Shown here: positions 59,326 through 64,000 of the stretch, in pieces
Layout of the letters: every line of letters starts with the position of its first letter
Numbering within the stretch: position 1 is the stretch's first letter
Source: Candidatus Cloacimonadales bacterium
Lineage (GTDB): Bacteria; Cloacimonadota; Cloacimonadia; Cloacimonadales; JAFGVF01
Direction: 5' to 3'
DNA: 64,000 nucleotides
Assembly (NCBI GenBank): GCA_963667035.1
Contig: OY762964.1
Coordinates: 1,568,001 to 1,632,000, forward strand
Made by a program: the position numbers and the translations under genes
Notes under the pieces: generated by a model
Databases searched by the model: none
What the model saw: only the letters and a program-made list of their open reading frames with translations
What the model was told of the DNA's origin: nothing

Positions 59326-59716
59326 TTTTAGTAGCTATATAAAGTTTTTGGAATCCTGCTAATTTAATTGCGTCCATGAGTTTCACAATATTCTCAAGAG
59401 CAATGTTTTTATCAGCACGGATAAAGACTGTGAAGTCCGGTTTCTTTTCATGCAAGGATGAGAGTTTAACAGGAAGCTCATTCCAGTTAACTTGCTTATC
59501 TTCCAAATACAGATTGTAGTTTTCGTCATACATTACATGGATGATATTAGCGTTTGCCTGAGTTTGTGATTTAGCAGAAGGCAATTTAACCTGCATTCCC
59601 TTATTGTTGTTGAAGTTAGAGGATATCAGCAGAAATATGATTAAAAGAAACATCACATCAGTCATCGAAATTAAAACCGTTTCTTTAATTCGCTTCTTCT
59701 GAGTATTTATTTTCAT
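59315..59716 (-). CDS. exbD: ExbD/TolR protein
   Basis: MTDVMFLLIIF, IRADK. Confidence 0.9.
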   Translation of the reverse strand: MKINTQKKRIKETVLISMTDVMFLLIIFLLISSNFNNNKGMQVKLPSAKSQTQANANIIHVMYDENYNLYLEDKQVNWNELPVKLSSLHEKKPDFTVFIRADKNIALENIVKLMDAIKLAGFQKLYIATKNAQ

Positions 59717-59719
59717 AGA

Positions 59720-60337
59720 TTAATCCAATTCGTTGCTTTCAATTTTAATCATTAGTCCTGTTAATGCTTCTTCAAGCATCTTTGCATAGGTCTCAACAAA
59801 ACTAACAAAGTAATTATAAAATAGAATAGATATAATACCAATAACGAGACCGCCAACAGTTGTTAATAAAGCTTCCCAGATACCACCGGCAAAAGCACTC
59901 ACATCAACTCCGACAGGTGATCTCTCAATGTTCATGAATACTTTAACCATACCTGTAACGGTTCCAAGGAATCCTATTAGGGGTGATATTGCTGCAAATG
60001 TTGCTAGTACTCCCAGATATTTATCAAGCTTATGAACTTCTCTTTCTGCAATACCGACAGCATTTTCTTTAAAGGCTTTCGGATTTAATTCTTTTAATTC
60101 TATTAACCTAGCAATAATTCTTGCTAGAGGAGTCTCTCCTAACTGAGTTTCCAAGAAACCTTTTAAGTGGGACATGCTTGTTATGGTGTTTAGCTGATCA
60201 ACCATAACTTTATCCACATCATTAATCTTCTTGAATTCCATTAACTTGGCAATTGCGATTGCCACTACTATTACGCCACATATTAGAAGGGCAAACATTA
60301 AAAGTCCACCCTTCATGAAAATACTAAACAAATTCAT
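59720..60337 (-). CDS. exbB: MotA/TolQ/ExbB proton channel
   Basis: SPLIGFLGTVTGM, GIWEALLTT. Confidence 0.9.
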   Translation of the reverse strand: MNLFSIFMKGGLLMFALLICGVIVVAIAIAKLMEFKKINDVDKVMVDQLNTITSMSHLKGFLETQLGETPLARIIARLIELKELNPKAFKENAVGIAEREVHKLDKYLGVLATFAAISPLIGFLGTVTGMVKVFMNIERSPVGVDVSAFAGGIWEALLTTVGGLVIGIISILFYNYFVSFVETYAKMLEEALTGLMIKIESNELD

Positions 60338-60358
60338 TAATTACCTCATCTTATAAGG

Positions 60359-62614
60359 TTAGCATTTTGACCAACCGCAAGAGTTGCATTTCAGGCAACC
60401 TTCAGCATGTTCGATACTACTACCGCACTCAGGACAAGTTTTCATCATACCCATTGGGGTTTCTACTACTTCTTCGTTCTCTGTTTCTTGAACTTCAAAG
60501 TTTGTTATTGTCTTGTTCCCGTAAATATTTCTGTAATTCTCTAAAGCTTGAGCTACTGCATCAGAGCAAGAAGTTATAAGCTTTCCTTTGTTCCACATCG
60601 GGGAGGGGCATCTGATTCCTTTAAGATGCTTGATTATTGAGTCTATATCAATATTAGCCCTTAAAGAAATTGAGACTAAGCGTGCAATTCCTTCTAACTG
60701 AGCTGAAGCACAACCACCGACCTTACCCATTTGAGTGAACAACTCACAAGCTCCATGCTCATCTGAGTTAATAGTAACATATAAATGTCCGCAACCGGTA
60801 TGCATACGCTGAGTTATACCTGCAGTCACTTCCGGACGTTTTCTAGGCTCAAGTACTGATTGAGCTTTCGTACCGTCATTAACTTTTGTACCAACATTCA
60901 ATACCTGGTTCTCACGGCTTCCGTCACGATAAACTGTAATACCTTTGCAACCAAGATCATACGCTAATTCATATGCGATTCTTATATCATCCTTAGTAGC
61001 TTCTCTAGCAAAATTGATGGTCTTAGATACGGCATTATCAGTATATTTCTGGAAAGCTGCTTGCATTCTTATATGCCATTCGGGAGAAATATCATGCGAA
61101 ACGACATACACTTTCTTAATATCTTCGGGTATCTCGTCTATATCATGTAATGTCCCGTTATCGGAAATCTTTTCCATAAGCTCTTTAGTGTATATGCCTC
61201 GTTCTTTAAGCATGTTTTCAAGGTGTTTGTTAACATATAGAAGCTTTTCTCCATCCATTACGTTCTTAACATAGACTAATGAGAATTGAGGCTCAACACC
61301 ACCCGAAGTATCCATGATCATGCTCAAAGTTCCGGTTGGAGCAATTGTCGTTAAAGTTGCATTTCTTATACCATACTCAGCTATATCTTTATTCAAACTA
61401 TCCCAATCAAGTTTGTTTGACACTCTCTTTAATAAACCTTTTGAGTAAATACTGCCTTCATAGCTTGGGAAGGCACCTTTAATTTTAGCCATCTCAATTG
61501 ACTTCATCTTAGAATGATAATCTATGAATTCCATGATTTCTTCAGCTAAACTGACAGCCTCATCACTATTGTATGGAATATTAAGTTGGAATAGTAAATC
61601 AGCCCATCCCATGATGCCTAAACCGATCTTTCTGTTTTTCTTAACAGTCTCGTCAATCTCAGGTAGTGGGAAGTTAGATCTTTCAATGACGTCATCAAGA
61701 AACTCTGTTGCTAACATAGTTGTCTCTTTAAGAGCATCCCAGTCAATTTTACCGTTCATGAAGAATGCTGATAAATTTATGGAACCTAGATTACAAGCTT
61801 CATTAGGAAGAAGGGGTTGTTCTCCACAAGGGTTTGTTGCTTCAATCTCTCCCAAGTGCGGAGTTGGATTGCAAGCATTGATTCTATCGAGGAAAATGAG
61901 TCCCGGTTCTCCATTTTTATGTGCCATTTCCACTATTAGCTCAAAGACATCTCTGGCTTTAAGAGTATTTGTAACTTCCTTTGTATGAGGGGATATAAGA
62001 TTGTATTCTTCATCTCTTCTCACTGCTTGCATGAATTCTGCAGTTAAACCAACACTTATGTTGAAATTGGTTAACTCGCTAGTGTCTTCTTTACAGCTTA
62101 CAAATTCTATGATTTGGGGGTGGTCAATACTAAGTATTGCCATATTGGCACCTCTTCGTGTACCTCCTTGTTTTACTGCATCAGTAGCAGCATTGAAAAC
62201 TTTAAGGAAAGAGATAGGTCCGCTTGAAACTCCGTTTGTTGATCTGACTCTAGCATTTGATTCCCTCAATCTACTGAAACTAAAACCGGTCCCACCACCG
62301 CTTTTATGAATCAAAGCAGCATTCTTAATAGTAGTGAAAATACTATCCATACTATCATCAATAGGTAAAACAAAACAGGCAGATAACTGCTGTAAATCAT
62401 TTCCCGCATTCATTAATGTCGGTGAGTTAGGTAGGAATCTCCCTGAATTCAATAAATCAAAATAGTTCTTACTTTTATCTTTGTCCCCATGAGCAATGTC
62501 ATTGGCAACTCTAGTTGTCAATGCTTTCCAGTCCTCAATAAGGCTTCCATCTTTGTCTTTTTTAAAATATCTTTTCTTCAAAACTGTAATAGCATTATCC
62601 GTTAGCTGCATCAA
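60359..62614 (-). CDS. nrdJ: Class II (adenosylcobalamin-dependent) ribonucleotide reductase
   Basis: PNSPTLMNAG, SACFV, TNPCGEQPL, APTGT, KGITVYRDGSR; C-terminal TSC.D domain and Zn ribbon. Confidence 0.93.
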   Translation of the reverse strand: MMQLTDNAITVLKKRYFKKDKDGSLIEDWKALTTRVANDIAHGDKDKSKNYFDLLNSGRFLPNSPTLMNAGNDLQQLSACFVLPIDDSMDSIFTTIKNAALIHKSGGGTGFSFSRLRESNARVRSTNGVSSGPISFLKVFNAATDAVKQGGTRRGANMAILSIDHPQIIEFVSCKEDTSELTNFNISVGLTAEFMQAVRRDEEYNLISPHTKEVTNTLKARDVFELIVEMAHKNGEPGLIFLDRINACNPTPHLGEIEATNPCGEQPLLPNEACNLGSINLSAFFMNGKIDWDALKETTMLATEFLDDVIERSNFPLPEIDETVKKNRKIGLGIMGWADLLFQLNIPYNSDEAVSLAEEIMEFIDYHSKMKSIEMAKIKGAFPSYEGSIYSKGLLKRVSNKLDWDSLNKDIAEYGIRNATLTTIAPTGTLSMIMDTSGGVEPQFSLVYVKNVMDGEKLLYVNKHLENMLKERGIYTKELMEKISDNGTLHDIDEIPEDIKKVYVVSHDISPEWHIRMQAAFQKYTDNAVSKTINFAREATKDDIRIAYELAYDLGCKGITVYRDGSRENQVLNVGTKVNDGTKAQSVLEPRKRPEVTAGITQRMHTGCGHLYVTINSDEHGACELFTQMGKVGGCASAQLEGIARLVSISLRANIDIDSIIKHLKGIRCPSPMWNKGKLITSCSDAVAQALENYRNIYGNKTITNFEVQETENEEVVETPMGMMKTCPECGSSIEHAEGCLKCNSCGWSKC

Positions 62615-62632
62615 TTCTCCTTCCTTTTTTCT

Positions 62633-64000
62633 TTATAATCTTTCGTTCCAGTTTTTATATAAGTCTGATAACGATAATAGCATACCGTTCCTTTTTCTAA
62701 TGTATCTGATAACTATCCAGTAAAGGTCACCCCAGAAAGGATAGTCTATCTGTTCAAATGTTGTGTTATGCCACAATATATTAACATGTGAGTTATATTT
62801 GATAGCATTGTCGATTAGTCGTTTTATCTTTTTGTAGGCTTGCCAAGGTTTAAGATGCATACAATTAACTGACATCAAGGTCGTATCCATGACAGTTAAC
62901 GGTATTTCAAGAATACGATATGGTCTGTTTTCCTTGAAATTAAACGGGAAAAAGGGATATGCTGTTCCGCACCTATATCCGATATGCTCCCAGAAACCTA
63001 CAGTCGAATCATATAATATATGAGATTTCTCTAAAACATTGAAGCTCTTATGATAATCAAATGACAAAGTATGTGATCTGTATCCTGTAACATTCTCAGC
63101 TACTTCTCCTAAATTCTGAATCTCCTTATGGAGAATCTCTTCATCAAATGAGCTTTTAGGAGTGCCGTGTAATTGAACATCATGTTCATGCAACAATCCT
63201 TCTATCTGTGTTCTGTATTTAGGATAGTTTAGATAGGCATGACGGTTATTCTCATATCTAACCAATGTTTTATCAGCTAGCCTAAACTCATCTGGTAAAT
63301 CACCTGCAAGTAGAAAATATGTTGAGTTTATCAATCTGTATTCCTCAGTTCTAACTATCTTTCTCATCCTTTGATATGAATGAGATAATATTCTCCTAAA
63401 ACTATGAGCTATAATCTTATACAAAGCGTTAACAGGTTGCTTAAAAATACGTTTACTGTTGTATTTGATAGTGAAGTTATGATGTTCTCGTGTCCAATAG
63501 TTCCAATAATCTATGTCATGACTTAGAGTAACATAAAACTTCTTTCTTACCCCCCAAGTATTATCACGAGAGAATTCAGGTAATACCACTTCAATCACAT
63601 TTCTAAATATATCGGCATATATGTCAAAAACAGGTAGCTCAATGAAACCACCTTGGTATTGTAATGATCTGTAATAATCAAATCTATTTTCAATACTGGC
63701 TTTTTTGCTAAGCACTTTTTCGTGCCAACAAGACAGGAAGTAAAAACCTGAAGCAATGATATCTTTATTTATGATCGCATGTTCTTTGGAGATATTCTGT
63801 ATCTGCCCGGGAGGTGAAAACAGGAATGGGATATATTCACCTTTATATTTACTGTAGCGTATCTTGTTTAATTGATATACTTCATCGCTGTTATAAAAAG
63901 GGGGAACTTCAGGATTGTGGTATATCTTAATCGGGTATGAATTAGTGGTCTTGGTCCCGTAATAGATATGGACATGATCGTATGTCGAACCATAAAAGAA
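62633..64000 (-). CDS. Polysaccharide deacetylase family protein (DUF7033-like), 5'-truncated by window edge
   Basis: Frame is open from base 64000 (FFYGSTYDHV...DIIASGFYFLSCWHE); SHDID, GYRSH, YDST.G, EIPL..MD, LWHN. Confidence 0.85.
   Translation of the reverse strand, partial: FFYGSTYDHVHIYYGTKTTNSYPIKIYHNPEVPPFYNSDEVYQLNKIRYSKYKGEYIPFLFSPPGQIQNISKEHAIINKDIIASGFYFLSCWHEKVLSKKASIENRFDYYRSLQYQGGFIELPVFDIYADIFRNVIEVVLPEFSRDNTWGVRKKFYVTLSHDIDYWNYWTREHHNFTIKYNSKRIFKQPVNALYKIIAHSFRRILSHSYQRMRKIVRTEEYRLINSTYFLLAGDLPDEFRLADKTLVRYENNRHAYLNYPKYRTQIEGLLHEHDVQLHGTPKSSFDEEILHKEIQNLGEVAENVTGYRSHTLSFDYHKSFNVLEKSHILYDSTVGFWEHIGYRCGTAYPFFPFNFKENRPYRILEIPLTVMDTTLMSVNCMHLKPWQAYKKIKRLIDNAIKYNSHVNILWHNTTFEQIDYPFWGDLYWIVIRYIRKRNGMLLSLSDLYKNWNERL

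Noticed and set aside
60359..62614. Intein or intron in nrdJ
   Set aside because: Length and motif spacing are normal; no splice-junction or homing endonuclease motifs seen

Overview
AT-rich bacterial chromosomal window. Gene content (several proteins with FlgD-Ig/T9SS-type-A-like C-termini, DUF2851, ExbBD-TonB, class II ribonucleotide reductase) suggests a Cloacimonadota/FCB-group anaerobe; this is inference, not a database result. The most striking structure is at 1-10.5 kb (minus strand). An intact three-gene operon (A, a 247-aa exported protein; L, a TolB-like beta-propeller lipoprotein; C, a secreted beta-helix protein running off the left edge) is preceded by a hollowed-out second copy of the same operon. 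In that copy A and C are reduced to remnants, while five polymorphic, mosaic L genes are kept in tandem. Each pair is separated by an in-frame 93-aa C-N-terminus/A-C-terminus fusion that acts as a pair of homology arms. This resembles a recombination-driven cassette reservoir (orphan-immunity-like or antigenic-variation-like). Other accessory features: a 311-bp x3 REP-like tandem array; three dispersed 11-bp-phased inverted repeat arrays; a 3.5-kb island of HEPN/HNH/SEC-C-like genes bounded by a duplicated 3' end of fetB; and a LamG/FlgD secreted-protein cluster with a TPR-AAA+ activator between convergent tRNA-Arg(CCT) and tRNA-Gly(CCC). The rest is housekeeping: pyrR-pyrF, tldD-pmbA, PIN-phoH, alr, miaB, recF, dnaN, coaE, dacA, folP, tonB-exbBD, nrdJ. 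Family calls come from motif recognition by eye.
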